The notes beneath the pieces were generated by a model. The model was not told the DNA's origin. It saw only the letters and a list, made by a program, of their open reading frames with translations, and searched no databases. This document shows, in pieces, positions 1 to 10,598 of a stretch of 64,000 nucleotides of DNA. A program made the translations under genes and the position numbers. This DNA comes from Salinivirgaceae bacterium (lineage in GTDB: Bacteria > Bacteroidota > Bacteroidia > Bacteroidales > SZUA-534): assembly GCA_024405635.1 (NCBI GenBank), contig JAKSOL010000007.1, positions 32,001 to 96,000 on the forward strand, written 5' to 3'. The stretch's first letter is position 1, and the number at the start of each line of letters is the position of its first letter.

Positions 1-354
1 GCATCTTACATATCGCAACGTGGTGCTGAGGCCATTTACACACCAGAAGGCAAGGCTCAAACTCGTGCCACAATTGACTACTACTTGGCAAACGCCATGT
101 ATTTAAAAACCGAATTGCAAAAAATGGGCTACACCGTTTATGGTGGCGACAACGCTCCTTATTTGTGGGTTAAAACTCCAAACGGAATGAAATCGTGGGA
201 TTTTTTCGACCTGCTGCTTAACAAAGCACATTTGGTTGGAACTCCGGGCGTTGGTTTTGGCCCAAGTGGCGAAGGTTATATCAGATTTACAGCCTTTGGC
301 GAAAAAGAAAACTACATTGAGGCGGTTAGCCGTCTGCAACAAATTGAATTATAA
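1..354 (+). CDS. dapL: LL-diaminopimelate aminotransferase, C-terminal part (5' truncated by window edge)
   Basis: Frame is open from base 1 (ASYISQRGAEAIYTPEG...); motifs GGDNAPYLW, SWDFFD and GTPGVGFGPSGEGYIR are typical of DapL. Confidence 0.9.
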   Translation, partial: ASYISQRGAEAIYTPEGKAQTRATIDYYLANAMYLKTELQKMGYTVYGGDNAPYLWVKTPNGMKSWDFFDLLLNKAHLVGTPGVGFGPSGEGYIRFTAFGEKENYIEAVSRLQQIEL

Positions 355-380
355 AAGTTTAACCATAAAATTTTACTATT

Positions 381-2570
381 ATGTCAACCTTACGATTCCA
401 AGTGATTGGCGAAGCTTTTAAAAAGCAACCACTTGAAGTGGAAATGCCAACAAAACGACCTGAGGAGTATTTTGGAGTAAACGTGTTTAACAAAGCAAAC
501 ATGTTCAAATATCTGCCTGGTGATGTTTATGCAAAAATGGTAGATGTTATGGAAAACGGCGCAACAATGGAGCGCTCGTTGGCCGACAAAGTGGCCATTG
601 GTATGAAAAAATGGGCCATGGATTTGGGAGCAACTCACTACACACACTGGTTCCACCCATTGACCGACACCACAGCCGAAAAACACGATGCTTTTATTGA
701 GCACAATGGCAAAGGTGGTGTTCTTGAAGAATTTGAAGGCAAACTTCTAGCCCAACAAGAACCCGATGCTAGCTCGTTCCCTAGTGGCGGTATCCGTGCA
801 ACTTTTGAGGCTCGCGGTTACAGTGCATGGGATCCAACTTCGCCTGCTTTTGTTATGGACGACACCCTTTGCATCCCAACAATCTTTGTATCATATACTG
901 GCGAATCGCTTGACTATAAAGCTCCACTTATCAAAGCTCTTCATGCTGTTGATAAAGCTGCTGTTGACGTTTGCCACTACTTCGATTCAGCTGTTAAAAA
1001 AGTGTACTCGTACCTTGGTTGGGAGCAAGAATACTTTTTGGTTGACGAAGGTTTGTATGCCGCTCGTCCCGACTTGCTAATGAGCGGCCGTACTCTTATG
1101 GGACACGGCTCAGCAAAAGACCAACAACTTGAAGACCACTACTTTGGCGCCATTCCAGAGCGCGTGCAAGCCTTTATGAAAGACCTTGAAGTAGAGGCAA
1201 TGAAACTTGGTATTCCTGCCAAAACACGTCACAACGAGGTTGCACCAAACCAATTTGAGTTGGCTCCAATTTTTGAAGAAACCAACCTTGCTTGCGACCA
1301 TAACATGTTGGTAATGACCTTGATGAAGAAAATTGCCCGCAAACACGGATTCCGTTGCTTGTTGCACGAAAAACCATTTGCAGGAGTAAATGGTAGCGGC
1401 AAACACAACAACTGGTCGTTGGGTACCGACAATGGTCACCGCCTAATGTCGCCCGGAAAAACAACCGAGGAAAACCTAATGTTTGTAACATTTGTGGTTA
1501 ACACTTTGGCTGCCGTTTATCGTCACAACGGATTGCTAAAAGCCAGCATCATGAGTGCAACCAACGCACACCGTTTGGGCGGCAACGAGGCTCCACCGGC
1601 AATCATCTCAAGTTTCCTAGGCAAACAATTATCCGATTTGCTCGACTCACTTGAAAACTCATCGAGTGACGACCTTTTCAAAATTGCAGGCAAAGCAGGC
1701 AAAAAAATGCTTGACATGCCTCAAATTCCAGAATTGCTTATCGACAACACCGACCGCAACCGCACATCGCCATTTGCATTCACAGGCAACCGTTTTGAGT
1801 TCCGTGCAGTTGGTTCAGAGGCAAACTGCGCTAGCGCAATGATTGCACTTAACACCGCAGTTGCTGAGCAATTGGTTGACTTTAAGGCCGCTGTTGATGC
1901 TCTTATTGCAGGCGGAATGGACAAGAAAGAGGCTATTATTAAAGAAGTTCAACGCTTGATTAAGTTCTGCAAACCTGTTCGCTTTGACGGCAACGGCTAC
2001 TCTGACGAGTGGAAAGCTGAGGCTGCTAAACGTGGTTTGGACTGCGAAACTTGCCCTCCAAAAATTTTCCAACACTACACTTGCGAACACAGCGTTAAGA
2101 TGTATGAAAAAGTTGGTGTAATGACCAAAGCCGAACTTGAGGCTCGCAACGAAATTAAATGGGAAACCTACACCAAGAAAGTGCAAATTGAGGCTCGCAT
2201 CTTTGGCGATATGGCTATTAACCACATTATTCCAGTTGCTACAGCTTACCAAAGCCAACTTATCGACAATGTGTACAAAATGAAAGGTATTCTTGGCGAC
2301 GAAGGCGAAAAACTTTCGGCTAGCAACATTGAGTTGATTAAGAAAATTGCTGGTCACGTTCGCGAAATTGAAGAGGGCGTAACCGCTTTGACCAACGCTC
2401 GCAAGGTTGCTAACAAACTTACAAGCGAGTTTGAAAAAGCTATGGCTTACTACGAAACTGTAGTTCCAAAAATGGATGCCATTCGCTATCACATTGACAA
2501 ACTAGAGGAAGTGATTGACAACACTCTTTGGCCATTGCCAAAATATCGCGAGTTGTTGTTCATTCGATAA
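381..2570 (+). CDS. glnN: Glutamine synthetase type III
   Basis: 729 aa; THYTHWFHPLT, EPDASSFPSGG, HNEVAPNQFE, NGSGKHNNWS, DRNRTSPFAFTGNRFEFR. Confidence 0.95.
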   Translation: MSTLRFQVIGEAFKKQPLEVEMPTKRPEEYFGVNVFNKANMFKYLPGDVYAKMVDVMENGATMERSLADKVAIGMKKWAMDLGATHYTHWFHPLTDTTAEKHDAFIEHNGKGGVLEEFEGKLLAQQEPDASSFPSGGIRATFEARGYSAWDPTSPAFVMDDTLCIPTIFVSYTGESLDYKAPLIKALHAVDKAAVDVCHYFDSAVKKVYSYLGWEQEYFLVDEGLYAARPDLLMSGRTLMGHGSAKDQQLEDHYFGAIPERVQAFMKDLEVEAMKLGIPAKTRHNEVAPNQFELAPIFEETNLACDHNMLVMTLMKKIARKHGFRCLLHEKPFAGVNGSGKHNNWSLGTDNGHRLMSPGKTTEENLMFVTFVVNTLAAVYRHNGLLKASIMSATNAHRLGGNEAPPAIISSFLGKQLSDLLDSLENSSSDDLFKIAGKAGKKMLDMPQIPELLIDNTDRNRTSPFAFTGNRFEFRAVGSEANCASAMIALNTAVAEQLVDFKAAVDALIAGGMDKKEAIIKEVQRLIKFCKPVRFDGNGYSDEWKAEAAKRGLDCETCPPKIFQHYTCEHSVKMYEKVGVMTKAELEARNEIKWETYTKKVQIEARIFGDMAINHIIPVATAYQSQLIDNVYKMKGILGDEGEKLSASNIELIKKIAGHVREIEEGVTALTNARKVANKLTSEFEKAMAYYETVVPKMDAIRYHIDKLEEVIDNTLWPLPKYRELLFIR

Positions 2571-2582
2571 CTTACTGATTTT

Positions 2583-2622
2583 AAGAACCAAAGACCAAGG
2601 AAACGGATGGTCTTTGGTTCTT
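2583..2622 (+). terminator. 15-bp stem-loop after GS-III
   Basis: AAGAACCAAAGACCA-10 nt-TGGTCTTTGGTTCTT perfect inverted repeat. Confidence 0.65.
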
Positions 2623-2714
2623 TAAAAAACAACAAAAAGCATTTGCCCAAACAGGGTGAAAGGCCCTTGTTATTCGCAAAACGAACGATTTAGAAATAAA
2701 AAACTGATACTGAA

Positions 2715-5700
2715 ATGGAAACAGAAATCCAACAAAGAGTACAACAAACTGTAGGTTTGTATTCGCCAGAAAATGAGCACGATGCTTGCGGCGTTGGAAT
2801 GGTTGTGAACATTCACGGCAACAAGAGCCACGAACTAGTCGATTCGGCTCTAAAAGTACTTGAAAACATGCGCCACCGTGGTGCCGAAGGTTCTGACGGA
2901 AAGTCGGGCGACGGCGCTGGCATTATGGTGCAAATTCCTCACGAGTTTATCCTTTTGAAAGGTATTCCTGTGCCTGAAAAAGGAAAATACGGAACCGGAC
3001 TTGTGTTTTTGCCAAAAGACAAAACAGAGCAAGATCGTATTTTGAAAATAATGATTGAAGTGATTGAGAGCGAAGGTCTTACATTGATGAAACTACGCGA
3101 TGTGCCTACCAATCCTTCATGCTTGGGCGAGGTTGCTTTGCAATCAGAACCCGATGTTAAGCAAGTTTTCATCACTGGCATTTCAAACGAGGAAGCTCCA
3201 AATCTCGACCGCAAACTTTACGTTATTCGTCGCAAGATTGAAAATCAAGTAACAAACAAGGATTTTTACATTGTTTCCCTTTCAAGCAAAAGCATTGTTT
3301 ACAAAGGTATGCTTGCCAGCCAACAGGTTCGCGAGTACTTTGACGACCTTCGCGACAGCTACTTTACTTCGGGAATGGCTTTGGTTCACTCTCGTTTTTC
3401 AACCAACACATTCCCAACTTGGTCGCTTGCACAACCTTTCCGTTTGCTTTGCCACAACGGCGAGATAAACACAGTGCGCGGCAACCGCAACTGGATGAAA
3501 GCCCGCGAGAGCGTGCTAAACTCTGGCATGCTTGGCAACATTAGCGACATTCGTCCAATTGTTCAACCAAACATGAGCGACTCGGCATCGCTCGACAACG
3601 TGCTCGAATTCTTTGTAATGTCGGGCTTGAGCTTGCCTCACGCAATGGCGTTGTTGGTGCCAGAATCGTTTAACGACAAAAACCCAATTACCGAAGACTT
3701 GAAGGCCTTTTATGAGTACCACTCAATTTTGATGGAACCATGGGACGGTCCTGCTGCTTTGTTGTTCTCCGATGGCCGTTATGTTGGCGGTATGTTGGAT
3801 CGCAACGGTTTGCGCCCTTCGCGTTACCTTATTACCAACAACGACATGATGGTAGTAGCCAGCGAGGTTGGCGTGCTCGACTTTAACCCAAGCCAAATAC
3901 GCCAAAAAGGTCGTCTTGAACCTGGCAAAATTCTTATGGTTGATACCGAAGAGGGTCGCATTTACTACGATGGCGAACTTAAAAAACAACTTGCCACCGA
4001 GCACCCTTACCAACAATGGCTATCGACCAACCGCATCGAACTTGAAAAACTGAAAAGCGGCCGCCACGTTAGCAACTCGGTTGCAAACTACAACAGCAAG
4101 TTGCTCAACTTTGGTTTTGCTAAAGAAGATATTCAGAAAACTATTATACCTATGGCCATTAACGGATCGGAGCCTGTTGCTTCAATGGGTAACGACACTC
4201 CGTTGGCTGTTATTTCCGATCGTCCACAAATATTTTTCAACTACTTCCGCCAACAATTTGCGCAAGTAACCAACCCTGCTATCGACCCAATTCGCGAGGA
4301 GTTGGTAATGTCGCTTACCGAGTACATTGGTTGTGTGGGACACGGAATTCTTACTCCTGACGAGAGCAACTGCAAAATGGTGCGTTTGCCTCACCCAATT
4401 TTAACAAACTCGCAACTCGATATTCTTTGCAACATTCGCTACAAAGGTTTTTTCACCACAAAATTGCCAATGTTGTTTGAGGTAAGCCGCGGCGAAGACG
4501 GACTAAAAGATGCCCTTGACAAGCTTTGCAAAGAGGCTGAGGCTTGCGTTGACAAAGGCGTTAACTACATTATTTTGAGCGACCGCGATGTTGACGATGC
4601 TCACGCTGTTATTCCATCGTTGTTGGCTGTTTCGGCTGTTCACCATTACCTTATCTCGGTTGGCAAGCGCGTACAAACTGCCTTGGTGGTTGAGAGTGGC
4701 GAAATTCGCGAGGTGATGCACGCTGCACTTTTGTTAGGCTACGGCGCTTCTGCTTTGAACCCTTACATGACCTTTGCTGTGCTCGATAAATTGGTTGCAA
4801 ATCACGAGATTCAAGAAGACTACGAAACTGCTGAGCATAACTACATTAAAGCAGTTTGCAAAGGTTTGTACAAGATTATGTCGAAAATGGGTATTTCAAC
4901 CATTCGCTCGTACCGCGGTGCCAAGATTTTTGAGAGCATCGGCTTGAGCGAGAGCTTGTTGCGTACTTATTTCGGTACCGAAATATCAACCATTGGCGGT
5001 ATTGGCCTAAAACACATTGCTGCCGATGCCATTCGCCTTCACAAAGAGGCTATGGCTGCCACCGACGATATGGAACTTCAAGACACTGGCTTGTTCTCGT
5101 ATCGCAAAGACGGCATTGCTCACGCTTGGAACCCTGAAACCATTTCGACTTTGCAAATTGCTACTCACACTGGCAGTTACAAAAAGTACAAAGAGTACAC
5201 AAACTACGTTGACAACAAAGAGCAACCTATTTTTATTCGCGACTTTTTGGACTTTAAGCGTGCTGCAAAACCAATTTCGATTGACGAGGTTGAGCCTGTT
5301 GAGAGCATTGTAAAACACTTTGTTACAGGTGCAATGTCGTTTGGAGCATTGTCAATTGAGGCTCACGAGGCTTTGGCTCTTGCAATGAACAAACTTGGCG
5401 CTCGTAGCAACACTGGCGAGGGCGGCGAGGACAACACACGCTACTATTCGCAAGTTGATGGAGTTTCGCTATCGTCAAAAACAAAACAAATTGCATCGGG
5501 CCGTTTTGGTGTTACTGCCGAGTATTTGGTTAATGCCGAAGAGATTCAAATTAAAGTTGCTCAAGGTGCAAAACCGGGCGAGGGTGGTCAACTTCCTGGC
5601 TACAAGGTAAACGAGATTATTGCCAAGACTCGTAACTCAATTCCTGGCATTTCGCTTATCTCGCCTCCGCCTCATCACGATATTTACTCAATTGAGGATC

Positions 5701-7223
5701 TTGCTCAATTGATTTTCGACCTTAAAAACGTAAACCCAACAGCTGCAGTGAGCGTTAAGTTGGTAGCCGAAAGTGGAGTAGGCACCATTGCTGCAGGTGT
5801 GGCAAAAGCCAATGCCGATTTAATTGTTATTTCGGGAGCTGAGGGTGGAACCGGTGCATCGCCAGTATCGTCGATGCGTTTTGCTGGAGTGTCGCCAGAG
5901 ATTGGTCTTGCCGAAACTCAACAAACTTTGGTTTTGAACGGTTTGCGTGGTCGTGTTCGTTTGCAAACCGACGGTCAACTTAAAGATGGCCGCGACGTTA
6001 TACTAACCGCAATACTTGGTGCCGACGAGTTTAGCTTTGGTACTTTGCCACTTATTGTATTGGGTTGCGTAATGATGCGCAAGTGTAGCTCAAACACATG
6101 CCCTGTTGGTGTGGCTACTCAAGACCCAGCACTTCGTGCTCGTTTCCGTGGCCGTAGCGAGTATGTGGTTAACTTCTTCACTTTCCTTGCACAAGAAGTT
6201 CGCGAGTATTTGGCCGAAATGGGATTCACTAAACTTGACGACATTATTGGTCGCACCGATTTGATTCAGGTTAAACCAATTGCCGACCAAGCTAGCAAAC
6301 CTGCAACTCTTGATTTTGCTCGTTTACTTACCCGCATCAACAGCAAAGAGAGCATTTGTTGGGACAAACGACCTTACACCAAGGTTGTTGGCGTAAAGGA
6401 TATGGATATAATTGCTCAATGCCAACCAGCTATTGAAAACAAACAAACTGTTGACCTTGAATATGCAATTAAAAACACCGATCGTGCTTGCGGTACAATG
6501 CTATCGGGTGCCATTGCCAAAAAGTATGGCGAGGCTGGTTTGCCCGATGGAACTATCAACATTAAGTTCAAAGGCTCGGCTGGTCAATCGTTTGGCGCAT
6601 TCTTAACCAAAGGTGTTGAGTTTAAACTTGAAGGCGAAACCAACGACTACTTTGGTAAAGGCCTTTCGGGCGGTCGCATTGCCATTATGCCTCCAATTAA
6701 GAGCAACTTTGTAGCCGAAGACAACATTATTGCCGGCAACACTGGTTTGTATGGAGCCACCACCGGCGAGGTGTTTGTAAATGGTCGTGTGGGCGAACGT
6801 TTTGCAGTTCGTAACTCGGGTGCCATTGCAGTTGTTGAGGGCGCTGGCGACCACTGCTGCGAGTACATGACTGGCGGTCGTGTGGTTGTGCTTGGTCAAA
6901 CTGGTCGAAATTTTGCCGCTGGTATGAGTGGCGGTGTGGCTTACGTGTGGGACAAAAATCGCAACTTCGATTTCTTCTGCAACATGGACATGGTTGAGTT
7001 GAGCCTTATCGAAGAGTCGAGCTACCGCAAAGAGTTGCACGAACTTATTACCAAACACTGGCAATACACAGGTTCAAGTCTTGCTCGCACTATGCTCGAC
7101 GATTGGAACCACTACGTTGAAGAATTTATTCAAGTAGTGCCAATTGAGTACAAACGAGTGCTTCAAGAAGAGCAACTACGCAAGTTGCAAAGCAAAATTG
7201 CCGACATTAAATCTGAAGAGTGA
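2715..7223 (+). CDS. gltB: Glutamate synthase large subunit
   Basis: 1502 aa; EHDACGVG Ntn start, HSRFSTNTFP, QGAKPGEGGQLPG, GDHCCEYMTGG. Confidence 0.97.
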   Translation: METEIQQRVQQTVGLYSPENEHDACGVGMVVNIHGNKSHELVDSALKVLENMRHRGAEGSDGKSGDGAGIMVQIPHEFILLKGIPVPEKGKYGTGLVFLPKDKTEQDRILKIMIEVIESEGLTLMKLRDVPTNPSCLGEVALQSEPDVKQVFITGISNEEAPNLDRKLYVIRRKIENQVTNKDFYIVSLSSKSIVYKGMLASQQVREYFDDLRDSYFTSGMALVHSRFSTNTFPTWSLAQPFRLLCHNGEINTVRGNRNWMKARESVLNSGMLGNISDIRPIVQPNMSDSASLDNVLEFFVMSGLSLPHAMALLVPESFNDKNPITEDLKAFYEYHSILMEPWDGPAALLFSDGRYVGGMLDRNGLRPSRYLITNNDMMVVASEVGVLDFNPSQIRQKGRLEPGKILMVDTEEGRIYYDGELKKQLATEHPYQQWLSTNRIELEKLKSGRHVSNSVANYNSKLLNFGFAKEDIQKTIIPMAINGSEPVASMGNDTPLAVISDRPQIFFNYFRQQFAQVTNPAIDPIREELVMSLTEYIGCVGHGILTPDESNCKMVRLPHPILTNSQLDILCNIRYKGFFTTKLPMLFEVSRGEDGLKDALDKLCKEAEACVDKGVNYIILSDRDVDDAHAVIPSLLAVSAVHHYLISVGKRVQTALVVESGEIREVMHAALLLGYGASALNPYMTFAVLDKLVANHEIQEDYETAEHNYIKAVCKGLYKIMSKMGISTIRSYRGAKIFESIGLSESLLRTYFGTEISTIGGIGLKHIAADAIRLHKEAMAATDDMELQDTGLFSYRKDGIAHAWNPETISTLQIATHTGSYKKYKEYTNYVDNKEQPIFIRDFLDFKRAAKPISIDEVEPVESIVKHFVTGAMSFGALSIEAHEALALAMNKLGARSNTGEGGEDNTRYYSQVDGVSLSSKTKQIASGRFGVTAEYLVNAEEIQIKVAQGAKPGEGGQLPGYKVNEIIAKTRNSIPGISLISPPPHHDIYSIEDLAQLIFDLKNVNPTAAVSVKLVAESGVGTIAAGVAKANADLIVISGAEGGTGASPVSSMRFAGVSPEIGLAETQQTLVLNGLRGRVRLQTDGQLKDGRDVILTAILGADEFSFGTLPLIVLGCVMMRKCSSNTCPVGVATQDPALRARFRGRSEYVVNFFTFLAQEVREYLAEMGFTKLDDIIGRTDLIQVKPIADQASKPATLDFARLLTRINSKESICWDKRPYTKVVGVKDMDIIAQCQPAIENKQTVDLEYAIKNTDRACGTMLSGAIAKKYGEAGLPDGTINIKFKGSAGQSFGAFLTKGVEFKLEGETNDYFGKGLSGGRIAIMPPIKSNFVAEDNIIAGNTGLYGATTGEVFVNGRVGERFAVRNSGAIAVVEGAGDHCCEYMTGGRVVVLGQTGRNFAAGMSGGVAYVWDKNRNFDFFCNMDMVELSLIEESSYRKELHELITKHWQYTGSSLARTMLDDWNHYVEEFIQVVPIEYKRVLQEEQLRKLQSKIADIKSEE

Positions 7224-7354
7224 TTTTGACCGATAGTGAAAAGTGAATAATTAATAATTGTTAGTTCGTTGCATGCAATGTTCATATTAAACTGAACCAC
7301 AAATAATTGCATTGAGCCAACAATAGCAAACGAACTACTAAAACTGATACAATT

Positions 7355-8695
7355 ATGGGAAATCCAAAAGCATTTATGACCGTTCCTCGCAAGGAGGCCG
7401 GTTATCGCCCAATACAAGACCGCATCCACGATTTTGGCGAAGTGGAGCAGACTCTAAACTCAAAAGATCGCCAATTGCAAGCATCGCGCTGCATGGACTG
7501 CGGTGTGCCATTTTGCCACTGGGCTTGTCCGCTTGGCAACAAACAACCTGAGTGGAACGATGCTCTTTACAAAGGCAACTGGGAAGAGGCCTACAAACTT
7601 TTGTCGGAAACAAACGACTTTCCTGAATTTACAGGTCGCATTTGCCCAGCTTTGTGCGAAAAAAGTTGCGTGCTTAACCTTACAATGGGCGAGCCTACTA
7701 CTTGCCGCGAAAACGAGTGCGCAATTATTGAACACGCTTTTCTTGAGGGCTATGTTGTTCCAAAAAACTACGCTCGCAACGGTAAAAAAGTAGCTGTTAT
7801 TGGTGCTGGTCCTGCTGGTTTGTCGGTTAGCTGCCAACTAAACAAAATGGGCTACACAGTTACCGTGTTTGAAAAAAATGAGTCGGCTGGCGGTTTGCTC
7901 CGATTTGGTATTCCAAACTTCAAACTAAACAAAAGTGTAATCGACCGCCGCGTTGAATTGCTTGAGGCTGAAGGTATTACCTTCCTTTATAACCAAAATA
8001 TCGACTTGCAAAAGTTGCCAGAGGGATTTGATGCATACGCCATTTGCACAGGCACTCCAACAGCTCGCGACTTGAACATTGAGGGCCGCGAACTTAAAGG
8101 CATCTACTTGGCTCTTGAAATGTTGAGCCAACAAAACCGAGTTTTGGCTGGTCAAAAGTTTAAAGACAGCGAATTGGTTAACGCAAAAGGCAAAAAAGTG
8201 CTTGTGATTGGCGGTGGCGACACTGGTTCCGATTGCATTGGCACTGCTAACCGTCAAGGTGCTGTAAGTGTTACACAAATCGAAATTATGCCCGAGCCTC
8301 CTGTAGGTAGCAATCCTGCTACACCTTGGCCAATGTGGCCCAACATTAAAAAGACCACATCGAGCCACAAAGAGGGCTGCGAACGCCGCTGGTTGCTAAA
8401 CTCAAACAAGTTTATAGGCTCAAACGGAAAGCTTACAGGTGTTGAGGTTGAAGGCGTTATTTGGGAGCCAAATCCAAATGGTGGCCGCCCAATTATGAAA
8501 CTCGATGGCAAAAAAGAAATTATTGAGTGCGATATGGTTTTGCTAGCCATGGGATTTATCAAACCCGAGCACCCACAATATGCACCAAATGTGTTCCTAG
8601 TTGGTGATGCTGCAAGCGGTGCTAGTTTGGTTGTTCGCGCTTTGGCTTCGGGCCGAAAGGTTGCCAAAGAAATCGACAATTTCTTGAAACAATAA
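7355..8695 (+). CDS. gltD: Glutamate synthase small subunit
   Basis: RCMDCGVPFC, FPEFTGRICPA, GAGPAGL, GGGDTGSDC; follows gltB. Confidence 0.95.
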   Translation: MGNPKAFMTVPRKEAGYRPIQDRIHDFGEVEQTLNSKDRQLQASRCMDCGVPFCHWACPLGNKQPEWNDALYKGNWEEAYKLLSETNDFPEFTGRICPALCEKSCVLNLTMGEPTTCRENECAIIEHAFLEGYVVPKNYARNGKKVAVIGAGPAGLSVSCQLNKMGYTVTVFEKNESAGGLLRFGIPNFKLNKSVIDRRVELLEAEGITFLYNQNIDLQKLPEGFDAYAICTGTPTARDLNIEGRELKGIYLALEMLSQQNRVLAGQKFKDSELVNAKGKKVLVIGGGDTGSDCIGTANRQGAVSVTQIEIMPEPPVGSNPATPWPMWPNIKKTTSSHKEGCERRWLLNSNKFIGSNGKLTGVEVEGVIWEPNPNGGRPIMKLDGKKEIIECDMVLLAMGFIKPEHPQYAPNVFLVGDAASGASLVVRALASGRKVAKEIDNFLKQ

Positions 8696-8802
8696 AAGCA
8701 AGCAACTAATTAAAAACAGAACGATGAAATAAACGAAGTGGTAAAAACTAAAAGCCAGAAAGAATTAATTGACAGATGTTTAACTAATAAAAATTCAGAA
8801 TT

Positions 8803-9150
8803 ATGAAGAAAATTGAGGCAATTATTCGTAAGACGAAATTTGAGGAAGTAAAAGATGCCCTCCTCAATTCGAACATCGACTGGTTTGAGTACTGCCCAGT
8901 ACATGGTATTGGTCAAAGCCGACAAGAACGCATCTATCGTGGTGTGGTTTACAGCACCGATATGATTGAGCGTATGAAAATTACCATTGTTTGCCGCGAC
9001 GTGTTGGTTGATGCAACAGTTAAAGTTATTCGCGAAACTGCACACACTGGAAATGTAGGTGACGGCCGAATCTTTATCTCCGAAGTACTTGACTGCTGGT
9101 CAATTCGTACAGGCGACAATGGCGACACAGTACTAAAAGACAAGAAATAA
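8803..9150 (+). CDS. glnK: P-II nitrogen regulatory protein
   Basis: MKKIEAIIR, YRG T-loop, TGNVGDGRIFI; directly upstream of amtB. Confidence 0.9.
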   Translation: MKKIEAIIRKTKFEEVKDALLNSNIDWFEYCPVHGIGQSRQERIYRGVVYSTDMIERMKITIVCRDVLVDATVKVIRETAHTGNVGDGRIFISEVLDCWSIRTGDNGDTVLKDKK

Positions 9151-9186
9151 CCATTTGTTTATTAATCATTTAAATGTTTTGAAATT

Positions 9187-10443
9187 ATGTTAGCAACTAT
9201 ATTACAGGCCGTAGCCGAAAGTGCTATGGTTGAAGAAGCAAAGGACTTTGTAAACGGTTTGGATACCCTTTGGGTACTGTTGGGCGCTATGCTCGTGTTT
9301 TGGATGCAGCCAGGTTTTGCGTTGGTTGAGGCTGGTTTAACTCAAGCCAAAAACACCGCCAACATTCTTATGAAGAACTTTATGGACTTTATGGCCGGTA
9401 CTGTTCTTTATTGGATTCTTGGTTTTTCAATCATGTATGGTGCAGGCAACGCATTGTTTGGTTGGAGCGGTTTCTTCTTCATTGGCGAAGACAGCAACGT
9501 TCCTGCTGAGGCTACTTTCATTTTCCAAACTGTGTTTGCAGCAACCACAGCAACCATTGTTTCGGGTGCTATGGCTGAGCGTACCAAATTCTCAATGTAT
9601 GTAATCTACTCAATGCTCATCTCTGCCTTTATTTACCCAATTGAGGGTCACTGGTCATGGGGTGGCGGTTGGATGAGCGAACTTGGTTTCCACGACTTTG
9701 CAGGTTCAACTGTAGTTCACCTTTGCGGTGGAGCCTTGGCTTTGGCTGGTGCCATTGTACTTGGTCCACGTATTGGCAAATACGACAAAAACGGCAACTC
9801 ACGCGCTATTCCAGGTCACAACCTAGTGCTTTGCGCTTTGGGCGTGTTCTGCTTGTGGATTGGTTGGTTTGGTTTCAACCCATGTTCAACTGTTGCTGCA
9901 ACTGGCTACGCAAATGCAGTGTCAATGTCGCACGTGTTTGTAACTACCAACATGGCTGCTGCAGTGGGCGGTTTGGTTGCTTTGTTCTACACTTGGATTG
10001 TAGAGGGAAAACCAGGTTTGTCAATGGTTTGCAACGGTGTGTTGGCCGGTTTGGTTGGTATAACTGCAGGTTGCGATTGCGTTGACATTTGGGCAGCTGC
10101 AATTATTGGTGGCGTTGTGTCATTGGTAATGTGTATGTCGGTAAGCTTTATCGATAAGGTGCTAAAAGTTGACGACCCTGTTGGTGCTGTTTCAGTTCAC
10201 GGCGTGGGCGGTTTGCTTGGTACCATTCTTACTGGCGTATTCTGCAACACTGAGGCTTACGGAGTAGAGGCTAGCATTGGCGTTCAAACTCTTGGCGCTG
10301 TTGCAGTTGCAGTGTTTGCCTTTGTAGTTGGCATGGTATTGTTCACCATCATTAAAAAGACCCACGGCTTGCGTTGCGATCGTCGCATCGAGGAAGAAGG
10401 TCTTGATGTTTACGAACACGGCGAGTCAGCTTACAACAACTAA
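9187..10443 (+). CDS. amtB: Ammonium transporter
   Basis: MQPGFALVEAG, DFAGSTVVH, WIGWFGFN, DDPVGAVSVHG. Confidence 0.95.
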   Translation: MLATILQAVAESAMVEEAKDFVNGLDTLWVLLGAMLVFWMQPGFALVEAGLTQAKNTANILMKNFMDFMAGTVLYWILGFSIMYGAGNALFGWSGFFFIGEDSNVPAEATFIFQTVFAATTATIVSGAMAERTKFSMYVIYSMLISAFIYPIEGHWSWGGGWMSELGFHDFAGSTVVHLCGGALALAGAIVLGPRIGKYDKNGNSRAIPGHNLVLCALGVFCLWIGWFGFNPCSTVAATGYANAVSMSHVFVTTNMAAAVGGLVALFYTWIVEGKPGLSMVCNGVLAGLVGITAGCDCVDIWAAAIIGGVVSLVMCMSVSFIDKVLKVDDPVGAVSVHGVGGLLGTILTGVFCNTEAYGVEASIGVQTLGAVAVAVFAFVVGMVLFTIIKKTHGLRCDRRIEEEGLDVYEHGESAYNN

Positions 10444-10598
10444 TAACAGATTTGTTGAGTATCAGTTTTTATGGGGGCGGCCTTAGGGCCGTCTCTATTT
10501 TAATTTAACTGATGCTCCATTATAAAAACTGATAATTAAACAAACCGATGTCTTTGCTGAACAGACATCAATTTAACTAACTAAAAATTTAACGAACG

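Noticed and set aside
1815-2492. Long antisense ORFs over housekeeping genes (e.g. 1815..2492, 13849..14544, 15815..16453, 61189..61953)
   Set aside because: Shadow ORFs opposite well-supported genes, with no recognisable motifs.
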